NCBI GenBank assembly: GCA_016191995.1
Contig: JACPVA010000186.1
Location: 57,670-121,669, forward strand
Length of the DNA: 64,000 nucleotides
Reading direction: 5' to 3'
DNA from: Burkholderiales bacterium
Lineage (GTDB): Bacteria; Pseudomonadota; Gammaproteobacteria; Burkholderiales; Burkholderiaceae_C
The notes beneath the pieces are model-generated. The model worked only from the letters and a program-made list of their open reading frames with translations, had not been told where the DNA came from and searched no databases. Below are positions 36,412 to 45,289 of the stretch, in pieces; the first letter of the stretch is position 1; every line of letters begins with the position of its first letter. A program made the position numbers and the translations under genes.

Positions 36412-37434
36412 ATGTCCGCCAACCCCTACGAGGTCGAGCCGCTGATCGCCGCGCTGCGCGCCGATGCGCCGGCGGGCGACAACCTGGAGTACGACCCGGC
36501 ATTCCTGGCGCTCGAGCAGGCCGGCGCCGGCAAGCCCGAGGTCGAATACGGCGACAAGCGCTACCCGGCCGAGCCTCCGGACTGGCAGACGGTGCACGAA
36601 CAGGCGCTGGCACTGGCCGAGCGCACGCGCGACCTGCGGGTGGCGGTGTGGCTGCTGCGCGCCGGCGCGCGATTGCACGGGCTGGAAGGTGCCGCGCGCG
36701 GGCTGGCGCTGCTGCGCGGGATGCTGGAGGGGCTGTGGGACAGCGTGCACCCGCAGCTCGATGCCAGCGATGGCGACGACCCGACGATGCGGCTGTCGGC
36801 GCTGGCATCCTTGTTCAGGCCCGCGGCGGCGCCTGCCGACCTGCTCGCGGCCTCGCTGGCGCCGGTCCGCGGCAGCCTGACGCTGCGCGAGCTGGCGCTC
36901 GGGCTGGGCGCGATCGACCCGGCCTCGGGCGAGGTCGTGCCGACCGAGGCGGGCGTGCTGCAGGCGCTGCAGGGGCTGCTCGCCACGCACGAGGCGCTGG
37001 CGGGCACCGCCGAAGCGGCGCAGCGCGATGCGCGCGCGATCGTGGCGTTGCTCGAGGCACGCCTGGGCCGCGACCGCGCCCCGGACGCCGCGCCGCTGAC
37101 CCGGCTGGTGGACCTTCTGGCCCAGGCCGTCGCGCGGGTGCGCGCGCCGCAGGCAGCGGATGCCGATCGCGGCGCGGCCGCCGGGCCGGCCGGTGCCGCT
37201 GCAGCGCCTGCCGCGGCCGCCGTCGGCGGGATCGCCTCGCGCGACGATGCCGTGCGCGCGATCGGACGCATCTGCGACTGGATCGAGCGCCACGAACCGA
37301 GCAACCCGGCGCCGCTGCTGCTGCGTCGCGCGCAGCGGCTGATGAACAAGAGCTTCCTCGACATCGTGCGCGACCTGGCGCCCAATGGGGTCGACCAGGT
37401 CGAGATGCTCGCCGGGCGTCCCGACGAGGCCTGA
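36412..37434 (+). CDS. tssA: T6SS TssA (ImpA_N)
   Basis: AGDNLEYDPAF...PPDW...TRDLRVA; C-terminal SRDDAVRAI...HEPSNPAPLLLRRA. Confidence 0.92.
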   Translation: MSANPYEVEPLIAALRADAPAGDNLEYDPAFLALEQAGAGKPEVEYGDKRYPAEPPDWQTVHEQALALAERTRDLRVAVWLLRAGARLHGLEGAARGLALLRGMLEGLWDSVHPQLDASDGDDPTMRLSALASLFRPAAAPADLLAASLAPVRGSLTLRELALGLGAIDPASGEVVPTEAGVLQALQGLLATHEALAGTAEAAQRDARAIVALLEARLGRDRAPDAAPLTRLVDLLAQAVARVRAPQAADADRGAAAGPAGAAAAPAAAAVGGIASRDDAVRAIGRICDWIERHEPSNPAPLLLRRAQRLMNKSFLDIVRDLAPNGVDQVEMLAGRPDEA

Positions 37435-37481
37435 CCCTTCGCGACCCCGCGCGCCGCCCATCCACCCAGGAGCCCGAAGCC

Positions 37482-37988
37482 ATGCCGCAAAGCAGCCAGA
37501 AGTTCATCGCCCGCAACCGCGCGCCGCGGGTGCAGATCGAATACGACGTCGAGCTCTACGGCGCCGAGAAGAAGGTCCAGCTTCCGTTCGTGATGGGCGT
37601 GCTCGCCGACCTGTCGGGCAAGCCCGCCGAGCCGCTGCCGCCGGTGGCCGATCGCAAGTTCCTCGAGGTCGACGTCGACAATTTCGACGCCCGCATGAAG
37701 GCGATGAAGCCGCGCGTGGCGTTCCAGGTCCCGAACACCCTGACCGGGGAGGGCAACCTCGCGGTCGAGCTGACCTTCGAGAGCATGGACGACTTCTCGC
37801 CGGCGGCGGTGGCCGCACGGGTCGACGGCCTGAAGCAGCTCCTCGAGGCGCGCCAGCAGCTGGCCAACCTGATCACCTACATGGACGGCAAGACCGGCGC
37901 CGAGGAACTGATCGCCAAGGTGATCAAGGACGAGGCGCTGCTGAAGTCGCTCGCCAGCGCGGGCGCCAAGCCGGCCGAAGGCGGCTGA
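37482..37988 (+). CDS. tssB: T6SS sheath small subunit
   Basis: SSQKFIARNRAPRVQIEYDVELYGAEKKVQLPFVMGVLADLSG. Confidence 0.97.
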   Translation: MPQSSQKFIARNRAPRVQIEYDVELYGAEKKVQLPFVMGVLADLSGKPAEPLPPVADRKFLEVDVDNFDARMKAMKPRVAFQVPNTLTGEGNLAVELTFESMDDFSPAAVAARVDGLKQLLEARQQLANLITYMDGKTGAEELIAKVIKDEALLKSLASAGAKPAEGG

Positions 37989-38044
37989 GCGGCCGCTGCC
38001 GCCACCCCGATCCAGGACCGACAAGCGAATCACGGAGTCGCACC

Positions 38045-39544
38045 ATGGCCGACCAGAACCCCGCCACCCAGGCCTCGCCGCTGCAGGGCGTCACCTACGA
38101 GGGCAACGAGTTCGCGACGCTGCTCAACAAGGAATTCAAGCCCAAGTCCGACGAGGCCAAGTCCGCGGTCGAGCAGGCGGTGCTGACGCTGGCGCAGCAG
38201 GCGCTGGCACGCACGCGGCTGATCGGCGCCGACGTGCTGGTGTCGATCGAGGCCATGATCTCCGAGCTGGACCGCAAGATGTCCGAGCAGCTCAACGCGA
38301 TCCTGCACCACGCGGACTTCCAGCAGATCGAGAGCGCCTGGCGCGGGCTGCACTATCTCGTCAACAACACCGAGACCGACGAGATGCTCAAGATCCGCGT
38401 GATGAACATCTCCAAGGCGGACCTCGGCAAGATGCTCAAGCGCTACAAGGGAACGGCCTGGGACCAGAGCCCGCTGTTCAAGCGCGTCTACGAGGAGGAG
38501 TACGGCCAGTTCGGCGGCGAGCCCATCGGCTGCCTGGTCGGCGACTACTACTTCGATCAGAGCCCACCCGATGTCGAACTGCTGGGCGAGATGTCGAAGA
38601 TCGCCGCCTCGGCACACGCGCCCTTCATCGCCGGCGCCAGCCCGACCGTGATGCAGATGGGCTCGTGGCAGGAGCTGGCCAACCCGCGCGACCTGACCAA
38701 GATCTTCACGACGCCCGAGTACGCCGCCTGGCGCTCGCTGCGCGAGTCCGACGATGCGCGCTACCTTGGGCTGGCGATGCCGCGCTTCCTCTCGCGCCTG
38801 CCCTACGGTGCCAAGACCAGCCCGGTCGACGAGTTCGCGTTCGAGGAGGAGACCGGAGGCGGCGACCACGGCAAGTACACCTGGTCCAACGCCGCGTATG
38901 CGATGGCGGTCAACATCAACCGCTCGTTCAAGCTCTACGGCTGGTGCGCGCGCATCCGCGGCATCGAGTCCGGCGGCGCGGTCGAGGGCTTGCCGACGCA
39001 CACCTTCCCGACCGACGACGGTGGTGTCGACATGAAATGCCCGACCGAGATCGCGATCAGCGACCGGCGCGAGGCCGAGCTCGCCAAGAACGGCTTCATG
39101 CCGCTGGTGCACCGCAAGAACTCGGACTTCGCCGCCTTCATCGGCGCACAGTCGCTGCAGAAGCCCGCCGAATACGACGACCCGGACGCGACCGCCAACG
39201 CCAACCTCGCGGCGCGGCTGCAGTACCTGTTCGCCTGCTGCCGCTTCGCGCATTACCTGAAGTGCATCGTGCGCGACAAGGTCGGCTCGTTCAAGGAGCG
39301 CGCCGACATGGAGCGCTGGCTGAACAACTGGATCATGAACTATGTCGACGGCGACCCCGCCAACTCGTCGGAGACGACCAAGTCGCAAAAGCCGCTGGCC
39401 GCCGCCGAGGTCGTCGTCGAGGAGGTCGAGGGCAACCCTGGCTATTACACGTCCCGCTTCTACCTGCGCCCGCACTACCAGCTCGAGGGGCTGACGGTGT
39501 CGTTGCGCCTGGTGTCCAAACTGCCGTCGCAGAAGAAGGCCTGA
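38045..39544 (+). CDS. tssC: T6SS sheath large subunit
   Basis: ILHHADFQQIESAWRGL...CPTEIAISDRREAELAKNGF...LRPHYQLEGL. Confidence 0.97.
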   Translation: MADQNPATQASPLQGVTYEGNEFATLLNKEFKPKSDEAKSAVEQAVLTLAQQALARTRLIGADVLVSIEAMISELDRKMSEQLNAILHHADFQQIESAWRGLHYLVNNTETDEMLKIRVMNISKADLGKMLKRYKGTAWDQSPLFKRVYEEEYGQFGGEPIGCLVGDYYFDQSPPDVELLGEMSKIAASAHAPFIAGASPTVMQMGSWQELANPRDLTKIFTTPEYAAWRSLRESDDARYLGLAMPRFLSRLPYGAKTSPVDEFAFEEETGGGDHGKYTWSNAAYAMAVNINRSFKLYGWCARIRGIESGGAVEGLPTHTFPTDDGGVDMKCPTEIAISDRREAELAKNGFMPLVHRKNSDFAAFIGAQSLQKPAEYDDPDATANANLAARLQYLFACCRFAHYLKCIVRDKVGSFKERADMERWLNNWIMNYVDGDPANSSETTKSQKPLAAAEVVVEEVEGNPGYYTSRFYLRPHYQLEGLTVSLRLVSKLPSQKKA

Positions 39545-39617
39545 ACACCCCTTCGTCGCATGGCTGGCGCGTGCCGCGAGGCCGCATTTCATCGTCAGAG
39601 TCTGAGGAGATGACATC

Positions 39618-40097
39618 ATGTCGACCGATTGCCATATCAAGTTCGACGGCGTCGAAGGCGAGTCCACGCACAAGGACAACAAGGGCGAGATCGAGGTCGA
39701 GTCCTGGAGTTGGGGCGTCAACAACGCCAGCGGCGGCGCCGCCGGCGGCGGCTCCGGGCGCGGCAAGGCGCAGGCGACCGACTTCATGTTCGTCCACCGC
39801 TACGACAAGGCCTCGCCGGTGCTGGCCAAGCACTGCGCGCAGGGCAAGCACTTCGCCACCGTCGTGCTGACCGCGCGCAAGTCCGGCGAGGGGCAGAAGG
39901 ACTTCCTGAAGGTGACGATGAAGGAGTTCTTCATCACCTCGGTGTCGCCGTCGGGCGGCGGCGGCGGCGACATCATGGAGTCGGTGTCGGGCAGCTTCAA
40001 GGATATCGAGTTCGCCTACAAGCCGCAGGACGACAAGGGCGGGCTCGGCGGCGAGGTCAAGTTCGGCTGGAATACCGCCACGACCGAAGTGCGCTGA
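39618..40097 (+). CDS. hcp: T6SS tube protein Hcp
   Basis: IKFDGVEGESTHKDNKGEIEVESWSWG...DKASPVL. Confidence 0.96.
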   Translation: MSTDCHIKFDGVEGESTHKDNKGEIEVESWSWGVNNASGGAAGGGSGRGKAQATDFMFVHRYDKASPVLAKHCAQGKHFATVVLTARKSGEGQKDFLKVTMKEFFITSVSPSGGGGGDIMESVSGSFKDIEFAYKPQDDKGGLGGEVKFGWNTATTEVR

Positions 40098-40224
40098 GGC
40101 GCGCGCTCGACGAACGCGACGGACAGCACGCCGCGCGCGGCATGGGCCGTGGGCGGCAGGCCGCCCGCCCGTGACGGCGAGCACGCCGCCGTGCCGCGCA
40201 TCATTCGACTTCGAAGGAACCGCC

Positions 40225-40734
40225 ATGACCGCCATCCCCGGCGATGCCTACGGCCAGGGTATCGATGCCTTCCTGCACCTGAGCACGACCACTGCGGGGC
40301 ACGTCAAGGGCGAGTCGAGCGTCCCGGGGCACGAGGACGATATCGAGATCCAAGGCTGGAGCCTGGGTGTCGACGCCTCCTCGGCGCAGGGGCAGCGCGC
40401 GCGCGCCCGGCGCGCCTACACCCACTTGCAGCTCGTCAAGGCGGTCGATCGTTCCTCGACCGCGCTGCTGAGCGCGCTGCGCAACAACGAAGTCGTCGAG
40501 GCGAAGCTGACGCTGCGCAAGGCCGGCGAGGGCCAGCACGACTTCTTCAAGATCGAGCTGCGCGATGCACGGGTGGTCTCGCTGCAGCTGGCCTCGGCCG
40601 GCGCGGGGGCGGCCGTCGAGACCCTGGCACTGGCCTTCAGTCGCATCAGCGTCGAGTACGTGCCGCAGCGCAGCACCGGGCAGCGCGGTGGCGGGAGCGA
40701 GTTCGTGGACGAGATCCTCGAGGGGGGATCATGA
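40225..40734 (+). CDS. hcp: Second, divergent Hcp-family protein
   Basis: VKGESSVPGHEDDIEIQGWSLG...KAVDRSSTALL...LTLRKAG. Confidence 0.85.
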   Translation: MTAIPGDAYGQGIDAFLHLSTTTAGHVKGESSVPGHEDDIEIQGWSLGVDASSAQGQRARARRAYTHLQLVKAVDRSSTALLSALRNNEVVEAKLTLRKAGEGQHDFFKIELRDARVVSLQLASAGAGAAVETLALAFSRISVEYVPQRSTGQRGGGSEFVDEILEGGS

Positions 40735-40837
40735 GCGCGCCGGGCCGCTCCCGAGCGCTCATCCCGCAGCGCGCAGCGCGGAGGGGAAGTCCCGTTCGCG
40801 CGCCGGGCCGCTCCCGAGCGCTCATCCCGCAGCGCGC
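40735..40837 (+). repeat. 40-bp direct repeat x2 (63-bp period), intergenic
   Basis: GCGCGCCGGGCCGCTCCCGAGCGCTCATCCCGCAGCGCGC at 40735 and 40798. Confidence 0.9.
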
Positions 40838-40855
40838 GGCGTGGAGGTCATTCCG

Positions 40856-41704
40856 GTGAGCGATCCGGCCACGCTCCTGGCCGCCGGCGACCTGGCCGGC
40901 GCGCTGCACGCGCTCAAGCAGCAGGTCCGCCAGCGCCCGGACGACGTGAAGCTGCGCATCTTCCTGTTCCAGCTGCTGGCCGTGCTCGGCGACTGGAAGA
41001 AGTCGCTCGAGCAGCTCGAGGTCTGCGGCCAGCTCGACGCCGGCACGCTGGCGATGGTCGCGACCTACCGCGCCGCGGTCCAGTGCGAGTCGCTGCGCGA
41101 CGCGGTCTTCGCCGGCCGCACGACGCCGATCGTCTTCGGCCGCCCGCAGCCCTGGGTCGCGCTGCTGGTGCAGGCGCTGCGCGACGACGCCGCCGGCGAC
41201 GCAGCCGCCGCGGCGGCGCACCGCGCGCAGGCCTTCGACGAGGCGCCGGCCAGCGCCGGCACGCTCGACGGCCAGCCCTTCGCGTGGATCGCCGACGCCG
41301 ACTCGCGCCTCGGGCCGGTGCTCGAAGTCGTCATCGCCGGGCGCTACGGCTGGCTGCCGTTCGAGGCGATCGCATCGCTCGAGCTGCAGCCGCCGGAAGA
41401 CCTGCGCGACCTGGTCTGGGCGCCGGCGCACCTGGGCTTCGCGCAGGGTGGCGATACGGTCGCGCTGGTGCCGGTGCGCTATGCCGGCACCGCCGCCGAG
41501 GACGACGGCGCGTTGCGGATGGCGCGCCGCACCGAATGGCTGGCGATCGCCGAAGGGCAGTTCCGCGGCCTCGGCCAGCGGCTGCTGGCCACGGACGACC
41601 GCGAGGTCGGGCTGCTCGAATGCCGGTCGCTGCGCATGGCCTCTGCGACGCCCGGGGCCGGGACGGGCGATGCGGCCGGCGACGCCGGGCCACCGACGGC
41701 CTGA
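40856..41704 (+). CDS. tagJ: T6SS accessory TagJ/ImpE
   Basis: LKQQVRQRPDD..LRIFLFQLL...WIADADSRLGPVLE...DLRDLVW. Confidence 0.92.
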   Translation: MSDPATLLAAGDLAGALHALKQQVRQRPDDVKLRIFLFQLLAVLGDWKKSLEQLEVCGQLDAGTLAMVATYRAAVQCESLRDAVFAGRTTPIVFGRPQPWVALLVQALRDDAAGDAAAAAAHRAQAFDEAPASAGTLDGQPFAWIADADSRLGPVLEVVIAGRYGWLPFEAIASLELQPPEDLRDLVWAPAHLGFAQGGDTVALVPVRYAGTAAEDDGALRMARRTEWLAIAEGQFRGLGQRLLATDDREVGLLECRSLRMASATPGAGTGDAAGDAGPPTA

Positions 41705-41713
41705 CGACGCCCG

Positions 41714-42262
41714 ATGGCGCTGGCCGACGTCCGCGACCGCCTGCAGCCGGCGCTGCTGGACCGCCTGACCGACGACGCCCCGGCCGCGCGCCGCGAGGCC
41801 GACGACGCGCGCGTGATGAGCAAGGCGCAGCTGCGCCAGGCGGTGCTGCGCGACCTGTCGTGGCTGCTCAATGCGGTGCAGCCGCTGCCGGCAGCGGTGG
41901 CGCGCGCCAACCCGGCGCTGGCCGCCAGCGTGCTGAACTACGGCCTGCCGCCGATGTCCGGGCGGCAGATCTCGCGCCTGGACGTGCACCAGCTGCGGCG
42001 CGACATCCGCGCCGCGATCGAGCGCTTCGAGCCGCGCATCCTGCGCGAGACGCTGGAGGTTCGCGCGCTGCCCGGGCGGCCGCGGCTGGAGGCGCACAAC
42101 CGCATCGAGTTCGAGATCAGCGGCCAGCTCTGGGGCCAGCCGATGCCGATCGAGCTGCTGCTGCGCACCGCGGTCGACCTCGAGTCCGGGCTGGTCGAGC
42201 TGCGCGACGCCGCGGCATCGGCGCCGCGACGCGCGCGCGACGCCGCGGCCGACGGGGCCTGA
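41714..42262 (+). CDS. tssE: T6SS baseplate TssE
   Basis: RLQPALLDRLTDD...RDLSWLLN...SVLNYGLP...RFEPRI. Confidence 0.93.
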   Translation: MALADVRDRLQPALLDRLTDDAPAARREADDARVMSKAQLRQAVLRDLSWLLNAVQPLPAAVARANPALAASVLNYGLPPMSGRQISRLDVHQLRRDIRAAIERFEPRILRETLEVRALPGRPRLEAHNRIEFEISGQLWGQPMPIELLLRTAVDLESGLVELRDAAASAPRRARDAAADGA

Positions 42263-42266
42263 GGCG

Positions 42267-44150
42267 GTGGACCCGCGGCTGCTCAGGCTCTACGGCGAGG
42301 AGCTCGCCCACCTGCGCGAGGTCGGCGCCGAGTTCGCGCAGTCCTTCCCGAAGATCGCCGGCCGGCTCGGCATGGAGGGCATGGAGGTCGCCGATCCCTA
42401 TGTCGAGCGGCTGCTCGAGGGCTTCGCCTTCCTCGCCGCGCGCGTGCAGCTTCGCCTGGACGCAGAGCACCCGCGGCTGGTCGCGCACCTGCTGGAGTCG
42501 ATCTACCCCGACTTCCTCGCCCCGGTGCCGTCGATGATGGTGGCCGAGTTGGCCGCCGACGCGAGCGACCCCAACCTCGCGCGCGGCTACACCGTGCCGC
42601 GCGGCAGCGCGCTGGTGTCGCGGCTGCCGCGCGGCCAGGATACGCGCTGCGAATTCCGCACCGCGCACGCGGTGACGCTGTGGCCGGTGTCGATCGCCGC
42701 GGCCAGCTATGCGAGCCACCTGCCGGACCTGCCGGCGTCGCGCCTGCCGCAGCTCGGCGCGATGCGCGGCGCGCTGCGGCTGCGGCTGTGCTGCGGCGGC
42801 GGCACGCGCTTCGCCGGGCCCGGGCTGGACCGGCTGGCGGTCTATATCGCCGCCCCCGACGATGTCGCCTTCCAGCTGCACGAGCTGCTCGGCGGCGCGC
42901 TCGGCAGCTGGGTCGTCGCCGCGGCCGGCGCCACGGCCGACCCCGGCGCCGGCTGGCGCGGCCCCGACAGCGTCGTCGCGCGCGGATTCGGCGAGGACGA
43001 GGCGCTGCTGCCGGTCTCGCTGCGCGCGTTCAGCGGCCACCGGCTGCTGCAGGAGGTCGCCGCGCTGCCGCAGCGGCTGATGTTCTTCGAGCTGCGCGAC
43101 CTGGCGTCGCGGCTGGCGGCGGTCGACGCCGAGGAGGTCGAGATCGTCGTGCCGCTGGCGCGCGGCCAGCCCGCGCTCGAGCCGGTGGTCGACGGCGCGA
43201 GCTTCGCGCTGCACTGCACGCCGGCGATCAACCTGCAGCGCAAACGGCTGGACCGCGTGCTGCTGTCGCCCGGGCAGTGGGAGTACCACCTGATGCCCGA
43301 CCGCACGCGGCCGATCGACTTCGAGGTCCACCATGTCGAGTCGGTCGTCGGCCACGGCAGCGGCGCGCCGCGCGAGTACCGGGCGCTGTACGACACGCAC
43401 CACGATGTCGCGCCCGGCGACGCCGGCGGCTACGTGACGCGGCGCGAGCCGCGGCTGCTGTCGCCGCAGCAACGCAGCAAGGGCACGCGATCGGCCTATA
43501 TCGGCGAGGAGGTCTACCTGTCGCTGGTCGACCCGGCCAACGTGGCCGACGCCGCCGGCGGCGACGAGGTGCGCCAGCTCTCGGTCGTCGCCTGGGTCAG
43601 CAACCGCGACCTGCCGCTGCTGCTGCCGCAGGCCGGCAGCGAGGGCGCCAGCGCGTGGCAGCTCGAGACCCCGGGCCCGGTGACCGCGGTGCGTGTGCTG
43701 CGCGGGCCGACGCGGCCGGCGTCGCGGCTGGCCGCGGGGGCGGCCGACTGGCGGCTCGTCGGCCAGCTCGCGGCGTCGCACGCCTCGCTGCACGGCAGCC
43801 CCGACGAGGCGGCGCGCGCGCTGCGCGCCGCGCTCGAGCTCTATGGCGCGCCCGGCGACGCCAGCTGGGCGCGCCAGGTCGGCGCGCTGCGGTCGCTGGA
43901 GGTCACGCCGGTGGTGCGCCGGCTGCCGTTTGCCGGCCCGCTGTGCTTCGGCCGCGGCAGCGCGGTCAGCGCCGAGTTCGACGAGCTCGCCTTCCAGGGC
44001 GCGGGGCTGCACCTGCTCGGCAGCGCGCTGGAGCACTGGTTCTCGCGCCACGCGGCGATCAACAGCTTCATCGAGTTCACGCTGCACAGCACGCAGCGCG
44101 GGCTGGTGCGGCGCTGGGCGCCGCGTCTCGGGCTGAGGGAGACGGTGTGA
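42267..44150 (+). CDS. tssF: T6SS baseplate TssF
   Basis: MDPRLLRLYGEELAHLRE...DPYVERLLEGFAFL...LHCTPAINL...INSF. Confidence 0.96.
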   Translation: MDPRLLRLYGEELAHLREVGAEFAQSFPKIAGRLGMEGMEVADPYVERLLEGFAFLAARVQLRLDAEHPRLVAHLLESIYPDFLAPVPSMMVAELAADASDPNLARGYTVPRGSALVSRLPRGQDTRCEFRTAHAVTLWPVSIAAASYASHLPDLPASRLPQLGAMRGALRLRLCCGGGTRFAGPGLDRLAVYIAAPDDVAFQLHELLGGALGSWVVAAAGATADPGAGWRGPDSVVARGFGEDEALLPVSLRAFSGHRLLQEVAALPQRLMFFELRDLASRLAAVDAEEVEIVVPLARGQPALEPVVDGASFALHCTPAINLQRKRLDRVLLSPGQWEYHLMPDRTRPIDFEVHHVESVVGHGSGAPREYRALYDTHHDVAPGDAGGYVTRREPRLLSPQQRSKGTRSAYIGEEVYLSLVDPANVADAAGGDEVRQLSVVAWVSNRDLPLLLPQAGSEGASAWQLETPGPVTAVRVLRGPTRPASRLAAGAADWRLVGQLAASHASLHGSPDEAARALRAALELYGAPGDASWARQVGALRSLEVTPVVRRLPFAGPLCFGRGSAVSAEFDELAFQGAGLHLLGSALEHWFSRHAAINSFIEFTLHSTQRGLVRRWAPRLGLRETV

Positions 44151-45289
44151 GCGCGACGAGGCGCCCGCCCGCAGGCGTCGGACCCGCGCCGGCGCATGCG
44201 GCGCCGCCGCGCCGCGCGGACGCCGCGGGCGCCGCACCCGAGCCGCTGGACGCGCTGCTCGACGCCGTCGGTGGCGCGCCCTGGGCGCACGACTTCTTCG
44301 CCCTGTTGCGCAAGGTCGAGCGACTGCGCCCCGACCTGCCGCGGCTCGGGCGCGCACGCCGGCCGCGCCAGGAGCCGCTGCGCCTGGGGCAGGAGCCCGA
44401 GCTCGACTTCGCGCCGGCGGCACTGGCGGCGCTGGACCGGCGCGGCGCCGCGCCGCGGCTCGGGGTGCGCTTCCTCGGCCTGCTCGGCCCGCAGGGGCCG
44501 ATGCCGCTGCACCTGACCGAGTATGTACGCGAGCGGCTGCGCCACCATGGCGATGCGGCGCCGGCGCGCTTCCTCGACATCTTCCACCACCGCATGCTGC
44601 TGCTGTTCTACCGCGCCTGGGCGCAGGCGCAGCCGGTGGTGCAGGCCGACCGGGCGCAGGACGACCGCTATGCGGCCTGGCTCGATGCGCTGGCCGGGCT
44701 GGACGGCGCGCCCGAGCGCGTCGGCGCGCTGCCGAAGACGGCGCTGCGGTTCCAGGCCGGTTGGCTCGCCGGGCGCAGCGCGCACCCCGAGGCGCTGGCG
44801 AAGTCGCTGGCGCACTACTTCGGCGTCCCGGCGCGGGTCGAGCCCTTCGTCGCCGGCGTGCTGGCGCTACCGCTGCAGGCGCGCTCGCGCCTGGGCCACG
44901 CCCGCAACCGGGCCGAGCGCGCGCAGCTGGCGGCCGCGCGGCTGGGCGCGAGCGCGAATGCCGGCAGCCGCGTGCCGGACCGCCAGCACCGCTTCCGCGT
45001 CCACCTGGGCCCGCTGACGCTCGCGCGCTACGAGCGCTTTCTTCCCGACGGCGACGCCTGGCCGGCGCTGCAGACCTGGGTGCGCGAGCTCGCCGGCACC
45101 GACAAGGCCTGGGACCTGTGCCTGCACCTGCGCGGCGACGAGCTGCCGCCGCCGCGGCTCGGCAGCCGGGTGCGGCTCGGCTTGACGAGCTGGCTCGGCC
45201 GCGCCGCGGCGCCCGAGCGCAGCGACCTGCGGCTCGCGCCGCGCCCTGGATGGCCGCCGGCGGCGGCCCGAGGAGCCTGCGATGGCTGA
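44147..45289 (+). CDS. tssG: T6SS baseplate TssG
   Basis: DFFALLR...RLGQEPELDFAP...GLLGPQGPMPLHLTEY...FLDIFHHR. Confidence 0.94.
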   Translation: MSATRRPPAGVGPAPAHAAPPRRADAAGAAPEPLDALLDAVGGAPWAHDFFALLRKVERLRPDLPRLGRARRPRQEPLRLGQEPELDFAPAALAALDRRGAAPRLGVRFLGLLGPQGPMPLHLTEYVRERLRHHGDAAPARFLDIFHHRMLLLFYRAWAQAQPVVQADRAQDDRYAAWLDALAGLDGAPERVGALPKTALRFQAGWLAGRSAHPEALAKSLAHYFGVPARVEPFVAGVLALPLQARSRLGHARNRAERAQLAAARLGASANAGSRVPDRQHRFRVHLGPLTLARYERFLPDGDAWPALQTWVRELAGTDKAWDLCLHLRGDELPPPRLGSRVRLGLTSWLGRAAAPERSDLRLAPRPGWPPAAARGACDG

